Shown here: one piece after another, positions 37,852 through 46,958 of the stretch | Layout: every line of letters begins with the position of its first letter | How positions within the stretch are numbered: the first letter of the stretch is position 1 | Assembly (NCBI GenBank): GCA_037917685.1 | Contig: JAVCBU010000012.1 | Span: 320,001-384,000, forward strand | Origin: Thermoproteota archaeon | Lineage (GTDB): Archaea > Korarchaeota > Korarchaeia > Korarchaeales > JAOZGB01 | Direction of reading: 5' to 3' | Length of the DNA stretch: 64,000 nucleotides | The notes under the pieces: model-generated | The model's database searches: none | The model's input: only the letters and a program-made list of their open reading frames with translations | Told to the model about the DNA's origin: nothing | Made by a program: the position numbers and the translations under genes

Positions 37852-39175
37852 TTAACTCCCTCTTTAAGATGGTCTTTAGCCTTTCCACTGCTAGAGGATG
37901 GGCAACTGCTGGTTTAAAACTTTCTTCAACTATCTTACTATAAGTTTTATCGTCGATAACTTCAATTAGTTTTAGCTGTGTTCTTTCGAATGCTATTCTT
38001 ATAGCTTTGATTGTTTCTGAATCAGGCCTAAAATATGCTATATACTTTTTGTAATGGTCTGAGTGAGCTCTAAGATATTTTTCCACCCTTACACTGGTTA
38101 TCTCTATGTATTGCTTTTTTATCTCTTGAGTTTCCCTCCATTCCTCCCAGTCGTAGTGGGAGAATGGATAATATCTTATGTACTCGTATGGAATTACACC
38201 TGGGGAACTCACAGCTACGATATGTATCTTTCTGAAAAAGGGAAAACCAGATATTCCTGATAGTATGGCCTTCCACGTCTTAGACTTTGTGTAGGGTTTT
38301 TTATACGCGCATGGTAGGAAAAGGAGGTATATCTTTCCTTTAGGTGGACTATAAAATCTTAGAAAGTAGTCTTGCCACACTTCATAGTAGGGATGCCTTA
38401 GATACTCTATGCCTACACCTTTGAGTTTTACTCTTTTCTCTGGTGGGAATCTAGGTACAAAAGCAAAATTGTTAAAGTCAAGTTCCACCTTAGGGTTGCT
38501 TCTCCACTTACCTACTAGTTTTTCGAACTGTTCCTTATCTAGCGGCCTCCATGCTCCTCTGATATAATCATTCCAGAGCTCTGAATCTACGTGGGGGTAA
38601 GTGTTTATGATTACAATGCTGTCGGAGTATTTTAATGCTAGTTCAACGGTCCTATGGAGTATCCCTTGTTGTAAATTAATGTCCTTAAATATTGGGTGAG
38701 GGTTAACAAGGATGTATGTTCTTACCCCTAATCCCTTTTCTCTCAGTTTTACGGCTGCTCTTATGTATTCTTCCACTGTTTGACCCTTTTTTAGTAGTTC
38801 AAGAATCTTATTATCTGCGACTTCGAGGCCCATTGCAATGGTGACCTTTAATCCGTCTACTATTAAGTCGTCAAGGCTGTTTTGAAGAACGTGTCCTACC
38901 CTTGACTCAATTACGACCTCTTTAACTCCAGCATCTCTTATTATCTGAAGCATTTCCTTTAGAATCCATCTGGGGAACTGTCTTTTGTCAAGTAGGCTAC
39001 CAGATGAGAATATCTTTAGTTTTTCGACTCCTTTATTTTTATCAAGAAATCTTCGGAGTTTATCTATCAGTTCCTTGGGGGTGACATTTACTTCTCTCTT
39101 CCCCCAACCACAAAAATAGCATTTCCCCCAGCTACACCTGCCACTTTCAAGAATTATGGAAGCTTCATTACTCAA
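37829..39175 (-). CDS. Fusion of RaSEA-type radical SAM domain and ArcS-type (DUF5591-like) domain
   Basis: N-half: CSWGKCYFC, KIFSSGSLLD, VIESR, MGLEVA, TYILVNP. C-half: YSPP...LFLPCAYKKPYTKSKT...SSPGVIP.E....YP..HYD. Overlaps tgtA by 23 bp. Confidence 0.82.
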   Translation of the reverse strand: MSNEASIILESGRCSWGKCYFCGWGKREVNVTPKELIDKLRRFLDKNKGVEKLKIFSSGSLLDKRQFPRWILKEMLQIIRDAGVKEVVIESRVGHVLQNSLDDLIVDGLKVTIAMGLEVADNKILELLKKGQTVEEYIRAAVKLREKGLGVRTYILVNPHPIFKDINLQQGILHRTVELALKYSDSIVIINTYPHVDSELWNDYIRGAWRPLDKEQFEKLVGKWRSNPKVELDFNNFAFVPRFPPEKRVKLKGVGIEYLRHPYYEVWQDYFLRFYSPPKGKIYLLFLPCAYKKPYTKSKTWKAILSGISGFPFFRKIHIVAVSSPGVIPYEYIRYYPFSHYDWEEWRETQEIKKQYIEITSVRVEKYLRAHSDHYKKYIAYFRPDSETIKAIRIAFERTQLKLIEVIDDKTYSKIVEESFKPAVAHPLAVERLKTILKRELIGEGDKI

Positions 39176-39763
39176 CTAGACACCTATAAGCCCATTTACC
39201 TTTAACCATGTGCTTGCGCCTTTTAAAATGAGCTCTATTGCTATGGCTGCTAGCAGAAGCCCCATAACTTTCACTATTATTCTGACACCACGCTTACCTA
39301 TTTTGCTGAGTATTTTAGGAGACAATCTCAATATTACATATGAGAGGGACATGCTTATTGCTAGGGCGATTATTACGGTTGTGTGATTGTAGCTTCTCAT
39401 AAGAATGATCGATAATGTTATAGCTCCTGGACCTGCTAGAAGTGGGGTTCCGATAGGCACAGCTGCAAATTCGTCAAGTGAAATCTTAGGCTCCACGTAT
39501 TTGATGAACTCGAGTGCTAAGGATAGAAGCATTATTCCACCGGCGATCATAAAGCTGCAAAGTGAGATGTCAAGAGCCCTGAGCAATATATCTCCAAGGA
39601 TTGTGAAAAATAGTAGAAGACTGAAGGCTACGATAACTGCGTCTCTGGCCACTTGATTAACCTTTCTTCTATCAACCATGGAGAATATTGGCACAACGTT
39701 AAATGGATCTATTATAAGGAAGAGTTGTATGAACACTTTCAAGATTTCAGTCATCATCACCAC
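39176..39763 (-). CDS. MarC family membrane protein
   Basis: IIDPF.VVP.F, IAGGIML, VPIGTPLLAGPGAIT, MGLLLAAIA. Confidence 0.93.
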   Translation of the reverse strand: MVMMTEILKVFIQLFLIIDPFNVVPIFSMVDRRKVNQVARDAVIVAFSLLLFFTILGDILLRALDISLCSFMIAGGIMLLSLALEFIKYVEPKISLDEFAAVPIGTPLLAGPGAITLSIILMRSYNHTTVIIALAISMSLSYVILRLSPKILSKIGKRGVRIIVKVMGLLLAAIAIELILKGASTWLKVNGLIGV

Positions 39764-39783
39764 CGGTCAGGATGAAAGTGAAG

Positions 39784-39913
39784 TGGGGCTGGTGGGATTT
39801 GAACCCACGATTCACGGGTTTCTCCAGCTCCAGAGCGTCTTCATCCCTGGATTGTCAGAATCTGACATAGGGGCTCTGGAGCCCGCCGCCCTACCAGGCT
39901 AGGCTACAGCCCC
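39784..39913 (-). tRNA. trnW: tRNA-Trp(CCA) with 56-nt intron at position 37/38
   Basis: Acceptor GGGGCUG/CAGCCCC-A; anticodon stem GCGGG/CCCGU with loop CU-CCA-G^A; T-arm GUGGG-UUCAAAU-CCCAC; intron 39820-39875. Confidence 0.95.
39820..39875 (-). ncRNA. tRNA-Trp intron, putative box C/D-like guide RNA
   Basis: Contains CUGA, a box C-like AUGAAGA and GCUCUGGAGC, which is complementary to the pre-tRNA's own GCUCCAGAGC. Confidence 0.6.
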
Positions 39914-39943
39914 ACTTAAGATATGTATAGATGCGATTAGGAT

Positions 39944-40234
39944 TTAAATTTTATTATCGAGCTTGAATGTGACTATATGGGTAAGATTAGGTTCCTCTTT
40001 GACTTTTAAGATTCTGAATTTTAGATTTGCACGATCTAATAGGTCGTAGATTAGGTCTTCAAAGTAGTCGTATATTCCACAGGTTCTGCAATACGTACCT
40101 GTAAATTTGACGATTATGGTATCCTCAGTGATTCTTAGAAGTTCTGCTTTAGCTTCGGGGCTTCTATACTTGTTATATTCATCTATCCCCTTTTTAATTA
40201 GTTTTTTGAAACGTTCTGAGCTTATGTCAACCAT
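39944..40234 (-). CDS. Small hypothetical protein with CxxC (NifU C-terminal-like)
   Basis: YNKYRSPEA.A......VKFTGTYCRTCG..DYFED. Confidence 0.6.
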   Translation of the reverse strand: MVDISSERFKKLIKKGIDEYNKYRSPEAKAELLRITEDTIIVKFTGTYCRTCGIYDYFEDLIYDLLDRANLKFRILKVKEEPNLTHIVTFKLDNKI

Positions 40235-40289
40235 TTCTACCTAAACTATTTTATGATAGTGGAATCTCTAAAAATAAGTCATATCGGAT

Positions 40290-42353
40290 ATGAGAGATCA
40301 TGTGCTTATAATCGCTGAAAAGGAAAAACAAGCGGAGCAGATAGCTGGTATACTGTCGAATGGGAAGTATGAGCGCAAGAACATCGGAAGAGTTCGATAT
40401 TACGTATTTAAACGTGATGGGGTAAACATTACGGTTGTACCAGCCAGAGGCCATATATACCAGTTGGAAACAAGAGACAAAGGCTATCCTACGTTTAACG
40501 TTGAATGGGCTCCCACGAGGGGTGTGAGAGGGATCAAATCATATATTAAGGCTATAAAAGGGCTTTACAATGGCGGAAGGATCGTATTAGCTACGGATTA
40601 CGACATGGAGGGGGAGGTTATCGGTGGTAACATTATAGAATTCACACTTGGAATTAGAAACGTCGATAGCATTGATAGGATGATTTTCTCTAGCCTTACA
40701 AGAGAAGAAATTACAAGGGCGTGGGAAAACCCTTCTAAAGTTGATGTAAAGCTTCTGGAGGCTGGCAGGGCAAGGCATGAGATGGATTTCATGTGGGGGG
40801 TGACATTTTCGAGAGCTTTAATGGAAGCTGTTAGGATAGCGGGAGGTCTCAGGAGGCATCCGCTCAGTGTCGGGAGGGTTCAAACCCCAATGCTTGCTGC
40901 AGTAGTCGAATTAGAGAGGAAAATACAGAATTTCAAGCCGGAACCCTACTGGGAGTTGGTGGCTAAGGTTTTGATTAATGGGAAGTGGTACACAGCGCAG
41001 TATGTTGGAAATCCGATTAAAAACAAGGAGGAAGCCGAGAGATTACTAGAAAAGGCAAAGGGAGGGAAAGCAATCGTTAAAGATGTTAAAACTAGTAAGA
41101 GTGTCAGGAAGCCTCCTGTTCCCTTTGACACTACAGAGTTGCAGAAAGAGGCGTCAAGATGGTTTGGCCTATCACCACAACAAACCATTAATCAAGCTGA
41201 AGGTATTTATCTAGAGGGCGCCATCTCATATATTAGAACGGATAGCCAGGTCTATCCTAAGGATTTAGACCATAAAAGCTTGCTATCTAAACTGTCGGGT
41301 ATATCTAAGGAATACAGAGAATTCGCAGAAGACCTACTGTCTAAGGGGAAGCTCAAACCTTCTTCTGGAAAGAAGGGCGGTAAGGAGTCTGCCCACCCAG
41401 CTATACACCCCACCGGGAAGAAACCCAGACAACTTAATAAGAGGCAATGGAAGCTCTACGATCTCATCTGCAGGAGATATTTCGCCACGCTTGGGGACAA
41501 TATGGTTAGGGAAACAAAGAGAATAACGATAGATATAAATGGTTTGACATTTAAACTCTCGGGAACAAGAACTGTGGATATAGGGTGGGGGAGATACTAC
41601 AAGCCATACCTGGATTTACAGGAGATAGACTTTGGCCCTGTAAAAGCTGGCGACGAACTTAGATTTAATGTAGACTTGGTAAAGAAGATGACTAAACCCC
41701 CACCGAGGATGACACCGATGAAACTTGTACTTTGGGCTGAGAAGAATGGTATAGGAACTAAGGCCACCAGGGGAGAGATGATTAAAAAACTGCTTGACAG
41801 GAGATATCTTGAAGTTGAAAAAAGAGCTTTGAAGCCCACAAAGCTAGGCTTCTGCGTAGCGGAGGTCATAGAGGAGAGGATACCTATCCTACTAAGCGTA
41901 GAAATGACTAGAAAGTTCGAGGAACAACTATTCCTTGTTAAAAATGGTAGGATAACGAGAGAAGAGCTTTTGGAAGACGTTAAAGAAGAGATATTAAAAC
42001 TTACTGAGGAATTTAACGAGCATATAGAGAGAATAGGCAAGGACCTGCGCAGAAAATTATCGGAAACTATAGAAAACACAATAGGTGTATGTTCAAAGTG
42101 CGGTAAGCCTTTAAAGCTGATAAGGAGAAGCGACGGAAAACGTTTTATATGGTGCACTACTCTAAATTGCACATATTACCCACTCCCACAGAAGGGTAAG
42201 CTGACAATAATAAACAGCAGAAGGTGTATAAAGTGCGGTCTGAAACCTATAAAGGTATCTCAAAGGGGGAAAAGATCATGGGAGCTCTGCGTAGCCTGCG
42301 GGATCTGCTTCAAGTGTGAGCTTTTCAAAGAATGTATACAACAATCCCGGTAG
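40290..42353 (+). CDS. topA: Type IA DNA topoisomerase (archaeal TopA/TopoIII)
   Basis: IIAEK, RGH, ATDYDMEGE, SVGRVQTP, ISYIRTD (catalytic Tyr), AHPAIHPT, GIGTKATR; C-terminal Zn ribbons. Confidence 0.95.
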   Translation: MRDHVLIIAEKEKQAEQIAGILSNGKYERKNIGRVRYYVFKRDGVNITVVPARGHIYQLETRDKGYPTFNVEWAPTRGVRGIKSYIKAIKGLYNGGRIVLATDYDMEGEVIGGNIIEFTLGIRNVDSIDRMIFSSLTREEITRAWENPSKVDVKLLEAGRARHEMDFMWGVTFSRALMEAVRIAGGLRRHPLSVGRVQTPMLAAVVELERKIQNFKPEPYWELVAKVLINGKWYTAQYVGNPIKNKEEAERLLEKAKGGKAIVKDVKTSKSVRKPPVPFDTTELQKEASRWFGLSPQQTINQAEGIYLEGAISYIRTDSQVYPKDLDHKSLLSKLSGISKEYREFAEDLLSKGKLKPSSGKKGGKESAHPAIHPTGKKPRQLNKRQWKLYDLICRRYFATLGDNMVRETKRITIDINGLTFKLSGTRTVDIGWGRYYKPYLDLQEIDFGPVKAGDELRFNVDLVKKMTKPPPRMTPMKLVLWAEKNGIGTKATRGEMIKKLLDRRYLEVEKRALKPTKLGFCVAEVIEERIPILLSVEMTRKFEEQLFLVKNGRITREELLEDVKEEILKLTEEFNEHIERIGKDLRRKLSETIENTIGVCSKCGKPLKLIRRSDGKRFIWCTTLNCTYYPLPQKGKLTIINSRRCIKCGLKPIKVSQRGKRSWELCVACGICFKCELFKECIQQSR

Positions 42354-42373
42354 TAAACTAACGACAGCGGGGG

Positions 42374-42395
42374 ATACTAAAGAATTCTTTAGTAT
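42374..42395. repeat. 22-bp perfect palindrome (hairpin or operator) downstream of topA
   Basis: ATACTAAAGAATTCTTTAGTAT equals its own reverse complement. Confidence 0.8.
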
Positions 42396-42528
42396 TCATA
42401 TCGTCTTACCCAAATAGAGCTCAACTGTAGAGGATTAACTGCAACCTGTAACAATTATGAATTAAGCAGTCGATAGACTATATGCACATCATTAATGCAC
42501 CAGCAAGTAACAGTATAAGGTCATAGGA

Positions 42529-43149
42529 ATGTATAACACCAGTAATAATTTTCCCGGAAAGTTTATAGCAATAGAAGGTATAGATGGTTCAGGTACTACT
42601 ACTCAGACGAAGCTTCTTTACAATTGGATGAGAAAAAGAGGATACAGGGTTTATTTTACAAAAGAGCCTACCGGGTTTCTATTAGGGCAGATAATAAGGC
42701 TAGCATTAAAAGGGGAGCTTAAATACAGCGATAAGGTGTTAGCGCTGCTCTTTGCAGCCGACAGGGTGCTCCACACCGAGAAAGTTATAATACCAAAACT
42801 TAGACAAGGTGTACACGTTATCTCAGACAGATATGTTATGTCGTCTATTGCTTACCAGGGTTCCTTAATAGATAAAGAGTGGGTTAAAACCATTAACAGA
42901 TTTTCTCTACTGCCTACCCTAACCATATATATAGACGTTCCTGTTAGAGTCTCACTTGAAAGGATAATGACAAAGAGGCAGAAGCAGAAAGAAATATACG
43001 AAAAGCCACATATCCTTGAGAAAGTAAGGGAAATGTATATCGAAGAATGCATGCGTAATAAGGAAAGATGCATAGTCATAAATGGTGATAGAAACGTAGC
43101 CGACATCCACTCAGATATTTTAGAGGCAGTGAAAACTATTCTAGATTAA
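42529..43149 (+). CDS. tmk: Thymidylate kinase
   Basis: FIAIEGIDGSGTTTQ, KEPT, LLFAADR, SDRY..SS.AYQ. Confidence 0.93.
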   Translation: MYNTSNNFPGKFIAIEGIDGSGTTTQTKLLYNWMRKRGYRVYFTKEPTGFLLGQIIRLALKGELKYSDKVLALLFAADRVLHTEKVIIPKLRQGVHVISDRYVMSSIAYQGSLIDKEWVKTINRFSLLPTLTIYIDVPVRVSLERIMTKRQKQKEIYEKPHILEKVREMYIEECMRNKERCIVINGDRNVADIHSDILEAVKTILD

Positions 43150-43210
43150 TGTCATTTGCCGATAGACGTTAAGCTTAACAGCTTACTCCTAAGAGTCTTT
43201 ATAATATTAG

Positions 43211-44752
43211 ATGACACCTTCTATTGCTAGAGCCATGAAATCCCATATAGCAGTGACAACAATCACAATAATATTACTTCCATTCATAGCCACCATAAAC
43301 CAGGGCTACGTAGATCTTGGGAACATAGTAGAAACCCTATCAATAGATGGGTCCATTAGGGTTATGATCATATACGGAAGTACAGCCGCTGAATTAGATG
43401 TTAAATCAGCATGGATGTTATATGACTATTTATCATCTTTCGACGGGGATGTAAAAATTCTAGCTGACAACAACGTAACTGTCGATCAACTTACAAAGTA
43501 TAATCTAATAGTAGTAGGAGGGCCAGTCGCCAATACTATAGCTGCAAAGTTAAACAACGAGTTTAAGAGTGCGAAGTTCGAGTTTACCTCGGGTAAATGG
43601 TATCTAAAGTTTGACGGAGTAAAATACTTCGGGGACGACTATGGATTCTGCGTATTAGAAGAAAATCCATACTCAAACGGACTTTACGCGATCTGGATAG
43701 CCGGCACCACTAGATACGGAACAAAAAACGCTGTATATTTTCTTAAGGACCAGCAAGATTCACGTTTAGGAGTTGGGTTTCTTGTAAAAAGTTTTAGACT
43801 TATAAGGATTATAGTACCTGAGGAAGCAACCGTCGTAATCAAGAAAGATAGAGAAATAAACTTTGTCTTAATCAATAATCCTGATCCACAATTACTCTCC
43901 ATGGAAAATATAACTAAGTGCTGGATAATACCCACAAATCTTTCAGGGTGGAACATTATTGAAGCTCCTAACCTTTCATACTTACCGTTTGCAGGAAAGT
44001 ATAACGCTCTCTATATAATTAGAGGGTTCCAGATAAGGGAAGTATTGGATAATTTAAGCATTACCGTCGGTCTCGGTGTTTATATCATTTGTAACGGTTC
44101 CCAGTGCACATACAAACTGCCTCAAAACAGCCAATTCATATTAGAATACGAAAACAAATCTAGAACTTTCAAATTCGTAGCGGGACCCTACTTCATACCT
44201 ATTAACGAACAATTTGACATTCCTTGGACTCAAAGAAATGTTACCATAACGGTTGACGAGATTTACTCGAACTGCACAGCATTAATTGAGATGAGTGTGA
44301 AAGGGAAACGTGTTGCAAGGACAAAAATCAATGGTTCGGGAGATATAAGCTTTGACTTAGGGGGGGATGGTAACCTGACTACTTTAAAAATTAACATAGT
44401 CAGAGCTACACAAAAAGTTGGAGGCTGGTTTAAATTTACAGTAGAATTTGAAGATACGTCTATTCTGAATTTGACGAACAGAAAGGCCATCGGAGACGAT
44501 TTAAACTTAACATTATATGGTACCTACGTGGAATATAGCAATGGCACCCTTTGGATCCTTAAAACCGACACTCTTGAAGTTCCTGTTTCCACAACGATTT
44601 ACAGATATTACATTGAAATGAAAAAGGCGGAATTTGAGGGTGAATTTGATAAGGTTCAGGAGTACTTGGAGTTAATGACAAAAGAGGTCTCAGAAATTCA
44701 TGTTAAGTTCGACGAGCTGAACTGGCTGGTAGCGGCACTAGTTGAGTTTTAA
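43211..44752 (+). CDS. Surface protein with N-terminal S-layer-like domain
   Basis: Signal peptide; IIYGSTAAELD...NLIVVGGPVAN...DYG....ENPY...IAGTTRYGT; many N-glycosylation sequons. Confidence 0.65.
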   Translation: MTPSIARAMKSHIAVTTITIILLPFIATINQGYVDLGNIVETLSIDGSIRVMIIYGSTAAELDVKSAWMLYDYLSSFDGDVKILADNNVTVDQLTKYNLIVVGGPVANTIAAKLNNEFKSAKFEFTSGKWYLKFDGVKYFGDDYGFCVLEENPYSNGLYAIWIAGTTRYGTKNAVYFLKDQQDSRLGVGFLVKSFRLIRIIVPEEATVVIKKDREINFVLINNPDPQLLSMENITKCWIIPTNLSGWNIIEAPNLSYLPFAGKYNALYIIRGFQIREVLDNLSITVGLGVYIICNGSQCTYKLPQNSQFILEYENKSRTFKFVAGPYFIPINEQFDIPWTQRNVTITVDEIYSNCTALIEMSVKGKRVARTKINGSGDISFDLGGDGNLTTLKINIVRATQKVGGWFKFTVEFEDTSILNLTNRKAIGDDLNLTLYGTYVEYSNGTLWILKTDTLEVPVSTTIYRYYIEMKKAEFEGEFDKVQEYLELMTKEVSEIHVKFDELNWLVAALVEF

Positions 44753-44779
44753 ATGAGTTTGAAAACATATTATCATTAA

Positions 44780-46510
44780 ATGTTAGAAAAAGCTAGACAG
44801 CTGGCTAAACAGCTTGCACTGGAGAATGCAGCTAAATATGGAAAAGCAAGTGAAAAAGCAGTTATTGGAAAGTTACTGGCAAGGATACCGGAGCTTAAGT
44901 CTAACATAAAGGAAGCTACCGAGATAACTAGAGAGGCGGTCAGAGAAGTAAATAAGCTTTCTATGAACGAAATCCTTAAGATGGTAAAACCAATGAGGAA
45001 AAAAGTTAGGAAAAGAGAGAGGGTTTGGCCAGAACTTGAGAATGCTGACAAATATGAGAAGATTGTAACTAGAGTAGCCCCCGAACCAAACGGGTACCCA
45101 ACTCTAGGGCATGCTAAAGGCCTCTTAGTTCCATTTATCTATGCAAGGATGTATAATGGGATATTTCAGTTGAGATTTGAGGATACAAACCCGAGGGTAG
45201 AGAAGAAAGAGTACTACGACGCCATACGGGAAGAATTTGCTAAGTTACTTGAGGCAGCTGAAGACGAGTTAGGTATATCACCCGGTAGATGGGATGTTGA
45301 AATAATAGAATCCAATGATTTCCCGGTCATGTACCGTCTGGCTGAGAAACTCATTAGAGACGGTAACGCCTATGTTTGTACTTGTCCTACCGTAAAAATT
45401 AGGAATAATAGAAGATTGGGTATCGAATGCCCATGCAGAAAACGAACTGTCGAAGAGAATATTGAGTTGTGGGAGAAAATGCACTCTGAACTTAGAGAAG
45501 GCGAAGCATGTCTCCGACTCAAAACGGACATGAAGCATCCAAATCCCACAATGCGGGACCCAGCAATATTTAGAATAATCGAGGCCCCCCATCCACTCCA
45601 TGGTGACAAGTACAGGGTTTATCCTACATACGACTTCTCAATCGCCGTAGAGGATTCAAGAACAGGGGTAACCCACGCTTTTAGAAGTAAAGAGTTCGAA
45701 CCACATGTAGAGGTCCAAAAAACAATACTAAAGATGCTGGGATTGAGAACTTACGAGATGATTCAGTTTGGAAGGATAACCATTGAAGGTTTACCACTGT
45801 CAAAAAGATATATAAGACCCCTAGTAAAAACTAAAATTCTATGGGGATGGGATGACCCCCGAATCCTAACGTTAAGGGGTTTATTTAGAAGGGGGATAAC
45901 ACCAAACGCCATTGTAAGATTTATCTATGAGCAAGGTCCAAGCAAAGTCGACGCCACAGTAAGAATTGAAAATATAGCGGCTATCAACCGAAAGCTACTA
46001 GACTTAAAGGCGAAGAGGCTGATGTTTGTCCCGGATCCAATCAAACTAACAATTGAGAACACACCAGAAACGTTAGAAGCTGAAATCTCTCTACACCCCA
46101 CAGCTAAAGAATTGGGTAAACGTAAAATTGTTTTAAAGTCCAAAAACAATGAAATTGAAGTTTATATAACACAGCGTGACCTTAAGTCTTTTAAAGAGGG
46201 TGAAAACATAAGGTTAAGAGACCTTTGTAACATTCAGATACTTAGTATCATGCCGGATATGGCTCGTGCCACGTATCTACCAGGAAAAAACTTGAAGGTT
46301 CCAATAATTCAGTGGTCCCCCCCAAACGGCGTACCTGTAATCGTTTACAAGCCAGAATCAGCATACAGCTATAGAGTGATAGGTGGAATAGGTGAAAACT
46401 ACATAAAAAACCTTAAAATAGGAGAAATTGTCCAGTTTATAAGGTTTGGGTTCGTACGTATAGACAACAAGAAAAACAGCACCGTTGAAGCTATATACTC
46501 ACACCCATAG
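44780..46510 (+). CDS. gltX: Glutamyl-tRNA synthetase
   Basis: ALENA.KYG, TRVAPEPNGYPTLGH, RFEDTNP, AYVCTC, YPTYDF, THAFRSKEF, LSKR, GWDDPR, QFIRFGF. Confidence 0.96.
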   Translation: MLEKARQLAKQLALENAAKYGKASEKAVIGKLLARIPELKSNIKEATEITREAVREVNKLSMNEILKMVKPMRKKVRKRERVWPELENADKYEKIVTRVAPEPNGYPTLGHAKGLLVPFIYARMYNGIFQLRFEDTNPRVEKKEYYDAIREEFAKLLEAAEDELGISPGRWDVEIIESNDFPVMYRLAEKLIRDGNAYVCTCPTVKIRNNRRLGIECPCRKRTVEENIELWEKMHSELREGEACLRLKTDMKHPNPTMRDPAIFRIIEAPHPLHGDKYRVYPTYDFSIAVEDSRTGVTHAFRSKEFEPHVEVQKTILKMLGLRTYEMIQFGRITIEGLPLSKRYIRPLVKTKILWGWDDPRILTLRGLFRRGITPNAIVRFIYEQGPSKVDATVRIENIAAINRKLLDLKAKRLMFVPDPIKLTIENTPETLEAEISLHPTAKELGKRKIVLKSKNNEIEVYITQRDLKSFKEGENIRLRDLCNIQILSIMPDMARATYLPGKNLKVPIIQWSPPNGVPVIVYKPESAYSYRVIGGIGENYIKNLKIGEIVQFIRFGFVRIDNKKNSTVEAIYSHP

Positions 46511-46958
46511 GCTCGTACTTCTCTGGATGCTCCCTATAATCATCCTTTATCCTATAATACGCCTCTATAAGCAAATCTTTATCAACAATCCAGTTCCTCC
46601 CATTAAATGCTTTATATATAAGGACATGCGTGCCCCATGTATCCGTCTAGGGTCACAAGATATCTCCATAGAGGAATCGGTGTAATTATGGCCTCTATAA
46701 GGTTTTGTTAGCTATAGAACCTTTTATGAGAAATGTATAAGCTTCTAATCCTAACTTTTCATAGTTTATCTCAGCCCTACAGTCAGGAACACCTGATTTG
46801 TCCAACTTCTTAATCCTGTAACTGACAGTCTGTTGGCTTACACCTAGTTTTTGAGCGATTGAGGAGATGTTTCTTGGATTAGACGATATAAACAGTTTTA
46901 GTATTTTTAAATCTAGAGCATCTAATCCTACAAATTTTTCAAAAATGTATCCTACAAA
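46490..46958 (-). pseudogene. Frameshifted or truncated Lrp/AsnC-family HTH regulator (absent from the ORF track)
   Basis: Minus-strand 46934-46695 reads FVGLDALDLKILKLF....RNISSIAQKLGVSQQTVSYRIKKLDKSGV....EINYEKLGL; no in-frame start; plausible coding continues in two other frames. Confidence 0.7.

Noticed and set aside
46485-46685. 66-aa plus-strand ORF after gltX
   Set aside because: It lies antisense to the Lrp/AsnC pseudogene remnant and has no motif.
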